A stretch of DNA of 64,000 bases. Origin: an uncultured Candidatus Saccharibacteria bacterium. Lineage in GTDB: Bacteria; Patescibacteriota; Doudnabacteria; UBA920. A program made the position numbers and the translations under genes. The notes below the pieces were generated by a model. The model did not search any database, was not told the origin of the DNA, and was given only the letters and a program-made list of their open reading frames with translations. Shown here one piece after another: positions 10,401-18,313 of the stretch. Location of the stretch: positions 1,675-65,674 of the forward strand of contig CAYQEU010000001.1 of the NCBI GenBank assembly GCA_964416765.1. The letters are read 5' to 3'. The first letter of the stretch is position 1; each line of letters opens with the position of its first letter.

Positions 10401-11244
10401 CGGTGATGGTCAATTCGGTAGCACGGGAGGTGCTGGATCAGTCCGCGCCGGCGGCGGCGGTGGTGGACAAGGCGCGGGCAGTAACGGCGGCGCAGGAGCC
10501 CGTGGTGAGATTCGGATAACCTACACAGTCAGTGGCGGCTCGGGCGGAAGCTCAACGAGTGGAAATACAACTACATTTACTTCAACTGGCTCATGGACTG
10601 CGCCAGCAGGCGTAACCTCGGTTACCGTTGAAGCCTGGGGCGCGGGCGGTTCTTCAGCCAGTGGTTCCTCGGGCGGTGCCGGACGGGGCGGTGGCGGAGG
10701 AGGAGCATATTCGTCCGCTACTATTACCGTTACTCCTGGTAACCAGTATACGGTAACGGTTGGTACTGGCGGTGCTGGACGGTCATGCTGTAGTGTTTTG
10801 GGACAAGCTGGGGGAGATTCCTGGTTCGGAACTACCGGCACATTGTTGGCAAAAGGTGGCTCCGGCGGAGACTTTTCCGGTACTGGCGCCTCAGGCGGCG
10901 CTGCGGCAGCCGGTGTAGGAACAATTAAGTTCTCTGGCGGTGCCGGCGGAAACAGCGCTGACAACACAGCGTCCTTTGGTGGCGGTGGCGGTGGCGGAGC
11001 CGGTACAACCGCCAACGGCGGTAACGGCGGCAATTCTTCCGGTGTAAATACCGTAGGAGCTGCGGGAACAGGCGGCTCCCTTAACGGCGGTAATGGCGGA
11101 ATTGGCGGAACCGGGGCCGGTTCAGTAAGAGGCGGCGGCGGCGGAGGGGCAAATGGCGCAACCGACTCTGTTGCTGGCGGTCGTGGTGAAGTTAGGATTA
11201 CCATCAATGCCACCCAAGGCGGCGGCGGTGGGGGATCCCCATAA
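4489..11244 (+). CDS. Giant secreted protein (2251 aa): three glycine-rich modules, S/T/G/N beta-solenoid repeats, DUF2341 plus LamG/concanavalin-like domain
   Basis: Signal peptide ending KAHA. Repeated W(Q/T)xPxGVTSVxxxAWGxGG modules. DUF2341 motif (RRKITFNN...NFPVLV...GADLRFVD...YQIETW...IWVRVP...IYMYYNN). LamG motif WHHL...FYIDG...DEMRVS. Confidence 0.85.
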   Translation: MNISIGKVRPGFGTRKTFTLVGVFLFCALLVFNGFFPSSGGIKKAHAAPVTITFYSDDYWQVPAGVTSVTIDAWGGGGGGNSIGQGGYGGGGGGYAHGTVSVTPGNYYDIIVGQGGVAGEKNGGAGGPTYFGGGDVGATGGDGGQSGIGPGVGGNIFAGDFGYSGGQGGYGDQFFSLLGGGGGGGAGSSGAGSTGDDGINGGAGGAGGPSEGGQGGHGGDSRSDGEPGYSIGGGGGGSGDGSFPGDGAAGQLWVTYIPPLICTSITSGSGNWNSASTWTNCGGGTPGSNDTAVIEGTAQITVTASTTVNNLQFGDNSTPATNAVLKVNSGQTLTVSNTTTVFSASNNNVQATIQDGTGSGTVSGVYLDIGSPVIPGTGSHETKLISSISNFSLAGSTTMHGYSGVSRDNDPTLEIPSGTMTTTSLTTTLSASWVTATISMNTGAQTGTLKLTSNPAWSISGTGTTNLNLAGTGNTVEYSGTNASILNTTYKNLKVSGALGTTAQTATVAGAFTVTGSGSMSPSSGTMTFNNGASINNSGTLNFYNLSTSVFSSVSSSGSFGVASGGTFTIGGASTFTPAAGDVITGTSATITGSGTAKVTRTAATADFNTQYNFGTKTLTNLTVDYAGSGQSLSNLTYGGLKVSGSITGATATATVGTNFNVTGTFTPSAGTITMSGTSSITNSGTLTFINLIINTLASVTGNTSFGVSGTFTENSGASFAAASGTQTFNNGSSIVKNSTQLLQFNNLTVAASGTITANVDMSINSAVTVLSSGTWNATAGTVTMMDGSSISNAGTLSFQNLTIGAGGTTNVTANASYTVKGGWTISSNATLSSSSGTVTLTASGTPFVMSGSFSPSGTNTVKYASSTGATVTSNISYQNLDISPSSGTPTFSVGFSNLSVGGDLTLTGTVATTFNLNNIASYLDVNGNVSINSGNTLVAPPSSAIFYIGGNYTNSGTLNNNVGTIQFDAGTTGKTITTNNQFFNNLVFNNASGGWTYTPTLYMSGTLTVTAGTLSGTGNVETDGGNTTGNGTINITGGTFSQYAGGSFGGNTNWTFNDIQFGDDISEMHATGTGTITARSISSLYEWHAGSKTWIITGTGTPLTNNGTFFGENSTFQFTGSTVTVPVFAYNNLTLGGSGTYTMPASTLTLTGNLTVTNGATVTKGAGTVVFGGSTPQTITDNSGTKQDLGALQVSNTTQPWCNISSTVCNSSWLNRRKITFNNSASSANLTNFPVLVQLTSANIDYNKTKANGADLRFVDADGTTALSYQIETWNTSGTSNIWVRVPQVNNTTTDYIYMYYNNTGAVDSQAATSVWDSNFKGVWHLPDGGTLSTADSTSNANNGTNQGSTIAAAGKIGGGANFINSGSDLAISNISVSGVAYTISTWFNTPFGNAGSYTTLTRGAAGDHQVLIDPSNILGVFDSSTGFYSSGFNVTSLSSGWHHLTASATGSTTTFYIDGVSVGSSLFKSNTNISYLGNCGVCSGQRWGLADEMRVSTGIARDANWAKADYLSESNQMNTFGSEESSTAVGVALGSSIKATSVTVDATRVLSANGSNTLTLVGNGASVFVVNGTFVPSTGTVDFSSASTTGTTVPGTTFYNLTLNKASNNFTSGGSMTVGGTLTISAGTFTAPSGTLTLNGDLVNSGTFTHNSGTVVFAPTNASLSSTISGSSNITFNNVSDTTPGSSIIFKNGSTFIFSGTLTATGTAQNAVWLKSASPGSQWTVTFSSTPSLTNVSVQDGACNGGLTLAQNPSLHNEGRNGSCWGFIIYTGGGGASDGGSGNTGGESGGGGGSGGGTTISFTSSGSWTAPEGVTSVIVEAWGGGAGAGRGTTIGGSGGGGGAYSKKNSISVTAGTTYTVTVGTGGAGSTGGNAQAGGDSWFSTSGTILAKGGTAGADNGGAVGTGGAAGSGIGDVKFSGANGGTGSSIIGGGGGGGGGAGTGTNGNPGDDGVSGGGGGKGGALNGGAGGDGQFGSTGGAGSVRAGGGGGGQGAGSNGGAGARGEIRITYTVSGGSGGSSTSGNTTTFTSTGSWTAPAGVTSVTVEAWGAGGSSASGSSGGAGRGGGGGGAYSSATITVTPGNQYTVTVGTGGAGRSCCSVLGQAGGDSWFGTTGTLLAKGGSGGDFSGTGASGGAAAAGVGTIKFSGGAGGNSADNTASFGGGGGGGAGTTANGGNGGNSSGVNTVGAAGTGGSLNGGNGGIGGTGAGSVRGGGGGGANGATDSVAGGRGEVRITINATQGGGGGGSP

Positions 11245-11260
11245 CCTGTATAATGAAAAT

Positions 11261-11803
11261 ATGCTAGACGTAAAGCACAACGTAAACAATTCCAATAATA
11301 TACCCAGTTCACCCAAGCTCAGTCACGGGCTGAAGGTGAGAACGGTACGTCCAAACCCCACTACCCCAAAGTGGGTTTGGATTGTATTAGGAGCACTTGC
11401 TCTAGCGCTCGTAATATTAGGTATCTTATTCTGGCGGTCTCAGCATCAAGTAAATGAGTTACGGGACAGTTTGGACAGCAAAGTAAACGCTACAAAGATT
11501 GCTGAAGAAAACAAGGCTTTATTGGATAGGGTAGGGGCAGTCATTATCCTGCCCGACGATGAAACCCCAACCATCGCGACGGTAAGCGATTTAGATAAGC
11601 TTAAAGGACAGCCGTTTTTCGCTAAAGCGGAGCTTGGCGATAAGGTTTTAATATACGCCAAAGCCAAAAAAGCCATTTTATACCGACCTTCCACCAACAA
11701 AATAGTGGAATTGGCGCCTTTAACCGATAGCGGCGATCCAGGCACAATTTCCAACTCCAACGCAAGCTCTAACTTGGCCCCCGCAAACCAGGCCAGCCAA
11801 TAA
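11261..11803 (+). CDS. Single-pass membrane protein with a domain common in CPR genomes (hypothetical)
   Basis: Start re-called at ATG 11261, 6 nt after TATAAT. One TM helix, a coiled coil, then LPDDETPTIATV...PFFAKAELGDKVLIY...KAILYRP. Confidence 0.75.
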   Translation: MLDVKHNVNNSNNIPSSPKLSHGLKVRTVRPNPTTPKWVWIVLGALALALVILGILFWRSQHQVNELRDSLDSKVNATKIAEENKALLDRVGAVIILPDDETPTIATVSDLDKLKGQPFFAKAELGDKVLIYAKAKKAILYRPSTNKIVELAPLTDSGDPGTISNSNASSNLAPANQASQ

Positions 11804-11804
11804 T

Positions 11805-12986
11805 ATGCTAGCCAAACAGCCCTGGACACATCACCACGCGCACCGATTGTTCCATATTTCACTGGGGCTTTGCTTCGCGTTTATACTGGTCACAATTCTC
11901 ATGGGGCTCATGGTCGTGTGGCTCGGCCACGCGGATCCGCCGCCTGTTAGCCACGACGTATCGATTACCGCTACCGTTGCCGGTATAACTCCTGGACCCA
12001 TTGATAACGGGGGAGGCCCAGCTCCGGTACCGCCAAATCAAAACCCTACCATTACGATTGTGGCCGAGCCACAAGGGGTCATACCGCAGACCGGGGGAGT
12101 GTATGTTTTTGTGGACCGCATCCCGGCTTTTTCCGGGCATACTTCGGTTCCCGGCGGATTGATATTTATTTCGATTGCCGGACCACAGGTGCTTAACAGC
12201 AGTGCTATCGCTGATGGCCAGGGAAATTGGTATTGGCAGTCGCCGGCCAAGCTGGATTTGGGAAGCTACGCCATAACTGCCACGGTTTACAATCGCAATG
12301 ATTTTTCCAAGAGCGGCCACGTCACGGCGAATTTTGCCGTGGAAACCAATTTGCAAACAAACCAGCCGAATAACGGCAACCAAGGAACCCCAGGCAATAA
12401 TGGCCAGCCGGGCAAACCTGGCACCGGCCGTCCCGGCACTGGGGGAATCACCCTTCCTCCGGCACCAGGGACCTCGCGGCTGTTCGGTGTATTTTTTAAA
12501 GTTTTGCCCGAATATGAGCGGGTGCTGGCGGGGAACAAGGTTGTAGGTCAGCTCACGTTGGTTAATAAACTGAGCAATCAGGAAACGAACCAGGAAATCA
12601 GTTACAAAATCAGCGGGCCTGACGGCAAGGTGGTCATGGAATCCCAGGACAATATCACTTACAGCAAGGTCGCCAACTTCCTAAAAACTTTTTATACCGC
12701 CCCGGCAACGGCCCCAGGACGATACACTATAGTGGTTACGACATCATACAACGGTATTATTTCCACAGCGTCCGATACTTTCAATTTAGAGCAAGTATTC
12801 CCGGCAGCCCCGACCCAAAGGGAAATTAACGGTCCGGTTATTTTGTGGGGAGGCCTGGCAGGACTGCTCATGCTGTTCCTGTTCCTAGTCCTGGTGGCCT
12901 ATTACCAGGTACGACTGGTGAGCCGGCACATTAGGGAACACAACGAAAAATACCATAAAGAAGATGAAAATACACCGCCCCAATAG
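11805..12986 (+). CDS. Membrane-anchored protein with two Ig-like domains
   Basis: N- and C-terminal TM helices. Ig-like motifs PAFSGHT...ADGQGNW...LGSYAITAT and APGRYTIVV. P/G/N-rich linker. Confidence 0.75.
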   Translation: MLAKQPWTHHHAHRLFHISLGLCFAFILVTILMGLMVVWLGHADPPPVSHDVSITATVAGITPGPIDNGGGPAPVPPNQNPTITIVAEPQGVIPQTGGVYVFVDRIPAFSGHTSVPGGLIFISIAGPQVLNSSAIADGQGNWYWQSPAKLDLGSYAITATVYNRNDFSKSGHVTANFAVETNLQTNQPNNGNQGTPGNNGQPGKPGTGRPGTGGITLPPAPGTSRLFGVFFKVLPEYERVLAGNKVVGQLTLVNKLSNQETNQEISYKISGPDGKVVMESQDNITYSKVANFLKTFYTAPATAPGRYTIVVTTSYNGIISTASDTFNLEQVFPAAPTQREINGPVILWGGLAGLLMLFLFLVLVAYYQVRLVSRHIREHNEKYHKEDENTPPQ

Positions 12987-13015
12987 GCGGTGTATTTGTC
13001 TTATATAAGCCAAAT

Positions 13016-13738
13016 TTAGGTAAAAAAGCTGTGGCGGATGGCTTCGGTGTGGCGCATGAATGCTTCTCCCTGTTCTCGTCGCGGGCGGGCTAAATCCACG
13101 GGAAAAGTTTGGATTTCTTTGCCGGCCTTCATGAGCATGATGCGGTCCGCCAGTGCCACGGCTTCTTCCACCAGGTGGGATACCATGATTATAGTAATGC
13201 CGGTTTGTTTCCAAATTTGCAGCAAGTCTTTGTGCAGTTCCTCGGTAGTCACAATATCCAAAGCGGAAAACGGCTCATCAAGAAGTAATAGTTTTGGGTT
13301 TACCGCGAGCGCGCGGGCTATACCGACGCGCTGTCTTTGCCCGCCGGACAAGTCACGGGGGTATTTTTGTTCCAGCCCCTTGAGCCCGGTCATGCTGAGC
13401 AGTTTATTCGTTGTCGAAACCACGAGTTGTTCTGGGGCGTGCCGGGCGCGCAGGCCAAACGCTGCGTTGTCGAAAACATTCAACCACGGAAGTAATGCCC
13501 CCGCTTGGAATACCATGCTGACGCTGGTGGGCTTTGTGGCCTGTCCCTGGTCCGGGGTTTCCAGCCCGGCAATAATCTTCAAGACAGTAGACTTGCCGCA
13601 GCCGGACGGTCCGACCATGGCAAAGAACTCTCCTTCGTTGACGTGGAAGCTGAGGTTACTAACGGCGACTTCGGTCCCAAAACTTTTTGATACGCCGTCA
13701 AAAGCAACTATGTTATTCGAATTTGAATTTTTCTGCAT
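13016..13738 (-). CDS. ABC transporter ATP-binding protein (NitT/TauT family)
   Basis: Walker A GPSGCGKS, signature LSGGQRQR, Walker B LLLLDEPF, H-loop. Confidence 0.92.
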   Translation of the reverse strand: MQKNSNSNNIVAFDGVSKSFGTEVAVSNLSFHVNEGEFFAMVGPSGCGKSTVLKIIAGLETPDQGQATKPTSVSMVFQAGALLPWLNVFDNAAFGLRARHAPEQLVVSTTNKLLSMTGLKGLEQKYPRDLSGGQRQRVGIARALAVNPKLLLLDEPFSALDIVTTEELHKDLLQIWKQTGITIIMVSHLVEEAVALADRIMLMKAGKEIQTFPVDLARPRREQGEAFMRHTEAIRHSFFT

Positions 13739-14540
13739 AGTGTAATAGTCTTTGCCAAACAAATAAGTTGAGTAAGCCTACAGCGGCAACCAACACGCTC
13801 AAGACCAGAACAAAATTGTGGCGCTGGCCGGCGCTGGCGGTGTAAACTAACAGGCTGCCGAGGCCGAACAGGTCGTGGGACAGGCTGCCACCGGGAATGT
13901 AAGTATGGAGCACTTCAGCCACAATAATGATGTTCCAGCCGCTGGCCCAGGCCAGGATGGAACCGGTGACCGCGTATGGGAAGGCGGCGGGCAGTACGAC
14001 CTTGGCCAGGCGCTGCCAGTGACTCAAGCGGAACACTTGGGCGACAGAAAGGATGTCTTGGGGAATTGACCCAAGTCCGGAAACCAAACTGAACACCAAG
14101 CTCCAGGTCATGGTAATGACCAAAATAAAAATTGCCGCCCAGTTGTCGAGACCGTAGTGGATGAAAGTAATAATGATGACCGGGAAAAACGCCAATACGG
14201 GAACTGATTCTAAAATATCAAACAACGGAAGTAAAAGTTTTTCCACCCACGGGCGGGAAACAATTAGCAGTGCGATGGGCAATGCCAGCATGCACGCAAT
14301 GAGGTAAGCCAAAAACAATCGGGCTGAGGTGAGTAATAGGGCTAGCGCGACCATATGAAAATTAATGTCCGGCTGTTGAGCAATGCCATTGTCTCCAAAC
14401 CAGGCTAGAGCAAAAAACGCCGCAATTATAAGCAAAATTGGCACGATGACAAAAGAATAGAACCGCTGTTGGTTGGAAGCGGCGAAGGAGTAGCTTATAT
14501 GTCCGTGGTAGCGGTGGATATGGCGAGGCTTAGCTCTCAT
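13713..14540 (-). CDS. ABC transporter permease (NitT/TauT family)
   Basis: About 6 TM helices, ESVPVLAFFP and LPAAFPY motifs, overlaps the ATPase gene. Confidence 0.88.
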   Translation of the reverse strand: MRAKPRHIHRYHGHISYSFAASNQQRFYSFVIVPILLIIAAFFALAWFGDNGIAQQPDINFHMVALALLLTSARLFLAYLIACMLALPIALLIVSRPWVEKLLLPLFDILESVPVLAFFPVIIITFIHYGLDNWAAIFILVITMTWSLVFSLVSGLGSIPQDILSVAQVFRLSHWQRLAKVVLPAAFPYAVTGSILAWASGWNIIIVAEVLHTYIPGGSLSHDLFGLGSLLVYTASAGQRHNFVLVLSVLVAAVGLLNLFVWQRLLHYAEKFKFE

Positions 14541-14568
14541 ATCTCAATTATACTATAATAAACCTTGC

Positions 14569-14602
14569 CTTCATAAATTCTTCACCTTTGGAAGACTAAA
14601 GT
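14569..14602 (+). promoter_or_regulatory. Putative OmpR-family direct-repeat operator plus -10
   Basis: CTTCAT-N5-CTTCAC-N11-TAAAGT, then 6 nt to ATG 14609. Confidence 0.6.
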
Positions 14603-14608
14603 AAAAGC

Positions 14609-15271
14609 ATGAAAATACTTGTCGTCGAAGACGAACCAAAATTGAATAAAGGGATTAGTGACGGGTTGGTCGCCCGGGGCTTTGCCGTTGACTCCGCCTT
14701 TGACGGTGAAGAGGGAGAAAAGATGGCGCGGTGGAATGAATACGACTTAATTATTCTGGATGTAATGATGCCGAAGAAAGACGGGTTTGAAGTTTGTCGG
14801 AGCCTGCGAGAGAAAGGTACTACTACTCCAATTATTATGCTGACCGCCAAAGATGCTGTTCGCGACCGGGTCATGGGCCTGAATGACGGCGCGGACGACT
14901 ACCTGGTTAAACCGTTTGCGTTTGAAGAATTAGTGGCCCGTATCCGTTCTTTGCTGCGCCGCCCTGCTTTGTCGGAAAATGATGTTCTTGAATTGGACGA
15001 ACTAAAGTTGGACACGCGCGCGCAAAAAGTGACCGTGGAGCAGAAAGAAATTGGATTGACCATGCGCGAGTACGGGCTGTTGGAATATTTATTGCGCCGC
15101 CGCGGGGAAGTGCTAACCCGTGATGACTTGCTCGAACATGTCTGGGATAGGTTCCACAATACATTAAGCAACGTGGTGGATGTCCATTTGAAAAACTTAA
15201 GAAAGAAATTACCTGGAGATTATGCCCGAAGAATCGAAACCGTTTGGGGTAAGGGTTACCGACTCATTTAG
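14609..15271 (+). CDS. OmpR/PhoB-family response regulator
   Basis: Receiver (ILVVEDE, ILDVMMP, GADDYLVKPF) plus winged helix (VDVHLKNLRKKL, ETVWGKGY). Confidence 0.95.
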   Translation: MKILVVEDEPKLNKGISDGLVARGFAVDSAFDGEEGEKMARWNEYDLIILDVMMPKKDGFEVCRSLREKGTTTPIIMLTAKDAVRDRVMGLNDGADDYLVKPFAFEELVARIRSLLRRPALSENDVLELDELKLDTRAQKVTVEQKEIGLTMREYGLLEYLLRRRGEVLTRDDLLEHVWDRFHNTLSNVVDVHLKNLRKKLPGDYARRIETVWGKGYRLI

Positions 15272-16265
15272 CCGTCGGTTCCAATTTTCCCTGTGGAAGT
15301 TAACAGCGGTGTATGTTGTTATTTTGGCAATCATACTGTTTTTATCGAGCTTCATAATTTACTCCGCTTTCTCCAGCCAGCTGGTGCACCGGTTTAGGGA
15401 TGTCCACCCAATCCCCGAGGAATATCTGAATGTCATAGCGCCGGCCCCCAGCGCAGACGACGTGCGCGCCGACCTTATAAACTCACTTATTTTAGTAAAC
15501 GGCTTTCTTTTGGTAATCGCCGGCTTTTCCAGTTATTGGTTGGCCAAGTTGACTCTATCTCCCATAAACGAAGCTTACGAAAAACAGCGTGCCTTTTTAA
15601 GTGATGCGTCGCATGAATTGCGTACACCCCTGGCCATCCTGAAAACTGACCTAGAAAACGAGGTGGCTGCTCCGGACGTAAGCCCGGCTTCGAAAGCACG
15701 AGCTGAAAGCAATCTGGAAGAAGTGGACCGTATGGGACGACTGGTTTCTGACCTGCTATTACTGGCTAATTCAGACGAAGATGGCTTAAATAAGGATAAA
15801 AACGTCCAAAAGGTGGACCTGACAGTTTTAGCTCGGCAGGTTTTAGGAAGGATGGAGCGGCTTGCTGTCGAGCACCAAGTTACCCTTCGTTCTTCACCCG
15901 AAAACATCGCTCTTGAAATCATAACCAACGAGGAATTACTGCAGCGGGTATTAACGAACTTAGTAAAAAATGGGATTTTGTACAATCGGCCAAACGGCAG
16001 CGTAACCATTAACATGGCGGAATCCGGCAGTTCGGTAATCATTAATATTGTAGACACCGGAATGGGAATTAGTCCTGCGGATTTGCCCAGGATTTTTAAC
16101 CGGTTTTACCGTTCCGATAAAAGCCGTTCCCGCGCCACGGGAGGAAGTGGCCTGGGATTGGCCATTGTACGTTCCTCGGTGGAACAACTCGGCGGCAGTG
16201 TCACGGCAAAAAGTGAGCTGGAAAAGGGGAGCAGCTTTACTATTAAGCTTCCCAAAAGAATTTAA
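15222..16265 (+). CDS. Sensor histidine kinase
   Basis: Two TM helices, H-box DASHELRTPL, N-box NLVKNG, G-boxes DTGMGI and GGSGLGLAI. Confidence 0.93.
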   Translation: MPEESKPFGVRVTDSFSRRFQFSLWKLTAVYVVILAIILFLSSFIIYSAFSSQLVHRFRDVHPIPEEYLNVIAPAPSADDVRADLINSLILVNGFLLVIAGFSSYWLAKLTLSPINEAYEKQRAFLSDASHELRTPLAILKTDLENEVAAPDVSPASKARAESNLEEVDRMGRLVSDLLLLANSDEDGLNKDKNVQKVDLTVLARQVLGRMERLAVEHQVTLRSSPENIALEIITNEELLQRVLTNLVKNGILYNRPNGSVTINMAESGSSVIINIVDTGMGISPADLPRIFNRFYRSDKSRSRATGGSGLGLAIVRSSVEQLGGSVTAKSELEKGSSFTIKLPKRI

Positions 16266-16270
16266 AATCT

Positions 16271-16304
16271 CTTCACTATTTCTTCATTGCCCATTTGTTA
16301 ACCT
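16271..16304 (+). promoter_or_regulatory. Second copy of the direct-repeat operator plus extended -10
   Basis: CTTCAC-N5-CTTCAT-N11-TAACCT, same geometry as 14569-14602. Confidence 0.6.
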
Positions 16305-16413
16305 ATAAACACGATCAAGGAATTCATTGGTCGGAGGGAAGAAATAAAAATTAACTGGCGCCCGCGAATCTCGCGTAAGCAATGATAACGCGGACGTAAA
16401 AGGAGAAATTTTA

Positions 16414-16920
16414 TTGAACAGACCAAGTAAATCACAAATTGTTGGGGCTATCGCCATAGCGACTGGCTTGGCGCTCGCGGGAACCGGGGTAATCCACGCG
16501 GCCAACACTAGCACAGCGCAAACCAGCAACCCGATGAGCGGCTTAGTAAACGCCATCGCCCAGAAGTTTAATCTTAACGCCGGTGACGTGCAACAAGTTT
16601 TTGACCAACAGCGCGCCCAAATGGACGCCCAACACCAACAAGACTTTGAAGCCCGCGTTGCCCAAGGCGTGAAAGATGGAAAGATAACGCAAGACCAAGC
16701 TGACCAAATTATCGCCAAGGCTAAGGAGCTACAAGCGTCCCGCCAAAGCGAACAAGCCAGCTCAGCGAAGCAAACCGAAGCGGAACGCGACGCCGCCAGG
16801 AAGGCTCAAATGGACTCGTTAAAGCAATGGGCGACCCAAAATAACATACCAAAAGAATTTATGTTATTCGGAGGGATGGGTCACGGCGGACCGGGACATC
16901 ATGCCAAACCTAACAACTAA
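16414..16920 (+). CDS. Secreted helical hypothetical protein
   Basis: AAGGAG SD with TTG start. Signal peptide ending IHA. VKDGKITQDQADQI motif and a Gly/His tail. Confidence 0.75.
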   Translation: MNRPSKSQIVGAIAIATGLALAGTGVIHAANTSTAQTSNPMSGLVNAIAQKFNLNAGDVQQVFDQQRAQMDAQHQQDFEARVAQGVKDGKITQDQADQIIAKAKELQASRQSEQASSAKQTEAERDAARKAQMDSLKQWATQNNIPKEFMLFGGMGHGGPGHHAKPNN

Positions 16921-16939
16921 ATTATCTAGCGTACAAGAT

Positions 16940-16970
16940 CAAAAAAACCACCTAATCGGTGGTTTTTTTG
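16940..16970. terminator. Bidirectional intrinsic terminator
   Basis: CAAAAAAACCACC-taatc-GGTGGTTTTTTTG between convergent genes. Confidence 0.75.
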
Positions 16971-17467
16971 ATAATTCCGCAGGCGATGCGCGGACCTCCG
17001 CTTATGCCGGAGCCGTGTTCACCGCCTTGGTAAGGGTCGGGATTTCCGTGAATCATGAGGGAAGTACCTTCCCCGGCGAGGATGGAAGCGGCGCCATCGG
17101 AAAGGGTTACACGCGTGGTAATGGCTTCCAGGGTTCCCTTACCCTCTGAGCCGATTTCTATATTGGGTAAGTCACCAGCGTGGAAGGGATGGTTAACGTC
17201 GGGGTCGGAGTTTCCTGCCGGACCTGGATCAAAATGGCCGCCAGCGCATTTAAAGCTGTCGCCGCAATCCGCCTTTTCATGGATGTGGACGGCATGCATG
17301 CCTGGCTTCAACTTTTCCGGGTCGCCTTCCAATTGCAGGATAAGTTTAACCAGAGTTTGGGTACCGAATTGGTACTCCGTGAATACGGCATTCCCTTTGA
17401 TCCCGTCGCCTTCCAGCAATGCTTCGGCTTTCATGATTTCTTTAGGTTCGGATGAAAATAGTTCCAT
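16952..17467 (-). CDS. sodC: Cu/Zn superoxide dismutase
   Basis: HAVHIHE, GGHFDP, HAGDLPN, IH, GPRIACGII. Start re-called at MELFSS. Confidence 0.92.
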   Translation of the reverse strand: MELFSSEPKEIMKAEALLEGDGIKGNAVFTEYQFGTQTLVKLILQLEGDPEKLKPGMHAVHIHEKADCGDSFKCAGGHFDPGPAGNSDPDVNHPFHAGDLPNIEIGSEGKGTLEAITTRVTLSDGAASILAGEGTSLMIHGNPDPYQGGEHGSGISGGPRIACGIIKKTTD

Positions 17468-17484
17468 AGTTTTTGTGATGTTAA

Positions 17485-17985
17485 TTACCAGGCGCAGGAA
17501 GTGGGATCGCTGCACGCCATCCATGCCGTGGTCGGACGGACGGGATCATAAAATAGTTCAGTAGAAGAGGGGAACGTTTCCGGCCCCACGTCGCTTAAAA
17601 TCAATTTATATCTCAGGCCATCGGATTTGTAGTTATAGCCGGACCATCCTGTGGTTACGCCCAACGGGTCGGTGGGTAAGGTGCTCAAGTAAGTTGGTGT
17701 CAGGCCAGGAATGTATGCGTTGACACCGCTTGTAGTATGTCCACCACCGTTGGCGGAAGTGCCCCACCATTGGCTGCTGGTGCTTGGATATCCGTAGTTG
17801 GCGGTGTAGTAATTTTCCAACGCGGTTTTTAGTTGGGTTAAGTCTGCCTTGCGCTTAGTATCTCGTGAGGTTTTTCTTGCGCTGGCCAGTGAGGCAACCA
17901 TAATGCTGGCCAGTAACCCGATGATGCCAATTACCACCATCAACTCAATCAAACTAAAACCCTTTTGTCTCTTAAGTGTTATCAT
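17485..17985 (-). CDS. Type IV pilin / GspG-like prepilin
   Basis: Class III signal QKG/FSLIELMVVIGIIGLLAS, then RDTKRKADL...ALENYY...YP. Confidence 0.92.
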   Translation of the reverse strand: MITLKRQKGFSLIELMVVIGIIGLLASIMVASLASARKTSRDTKRKADLTQLKTALENYYTANYGYPSTSSQWWGTSANGGGHTTSGVNAYIPGLTPTYLSTLPTDPLGVTTGWSGYNYKSDGLRYKLILSDVGPETFPSSTELFYDPVRPTTAWMACSDPTSCAW

Positions 17986-18266
17986 GGGTTTTTCTCCAGC
18001 TTCGGGGGCTCACCGGGCGTATTGGTCATGTGGTAGCCAGCCGGGGGAGTGTAGTTAGCGGGGTTAGTCGTGGTTTTGGTGTATTCACGAATGAAATAAC
18101 CTAGTGCAGCCAGTGACGCAATGACAAATATGATAGCACCTGCCATTTTTAGGGTCGGATGCGCTGATTCAACTCGTTTAGGCGCTGGAGCTTGTTTGTT
18201 ATTTTGGTTTCCGGGGAAGAAACCACTGAAATCAACACCTTCTTCACTTTTGGGGTTTTGGGCCAT
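17982..18266 (-). CDS. 94-aa single-pass membrane protein coupled to pilin
   Basis: One TM helix, ATGA overlap with the pilin start, N-terminal EEGVDFSGF. Confidence 0.7.
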   Translation of the reverse strand: MAQNPKSEEGVDFSGFFPGNQNNKQAPAPKRVESAHPTLKMAGAIIFVIASLAALGYFIREYTKTTTNPANYTPPAGYHMTNTPGEPPKLEKNP

Positions 18267-18313
18267 AGTACTTTTATTTTAGCACAAAAGCCCAGCTGTT
18301 CACTAAACGCTTA

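Noticed and set aside
9800-11312. GGC-rich runs and Pro-rich antisense ORFs (9801-10373, 10521-11312)
   Set aside because: These are glycine codons of the giant protein. The antisense ORFs are shadows, and the runs are not a tandem-repeat or CRISPR locus.
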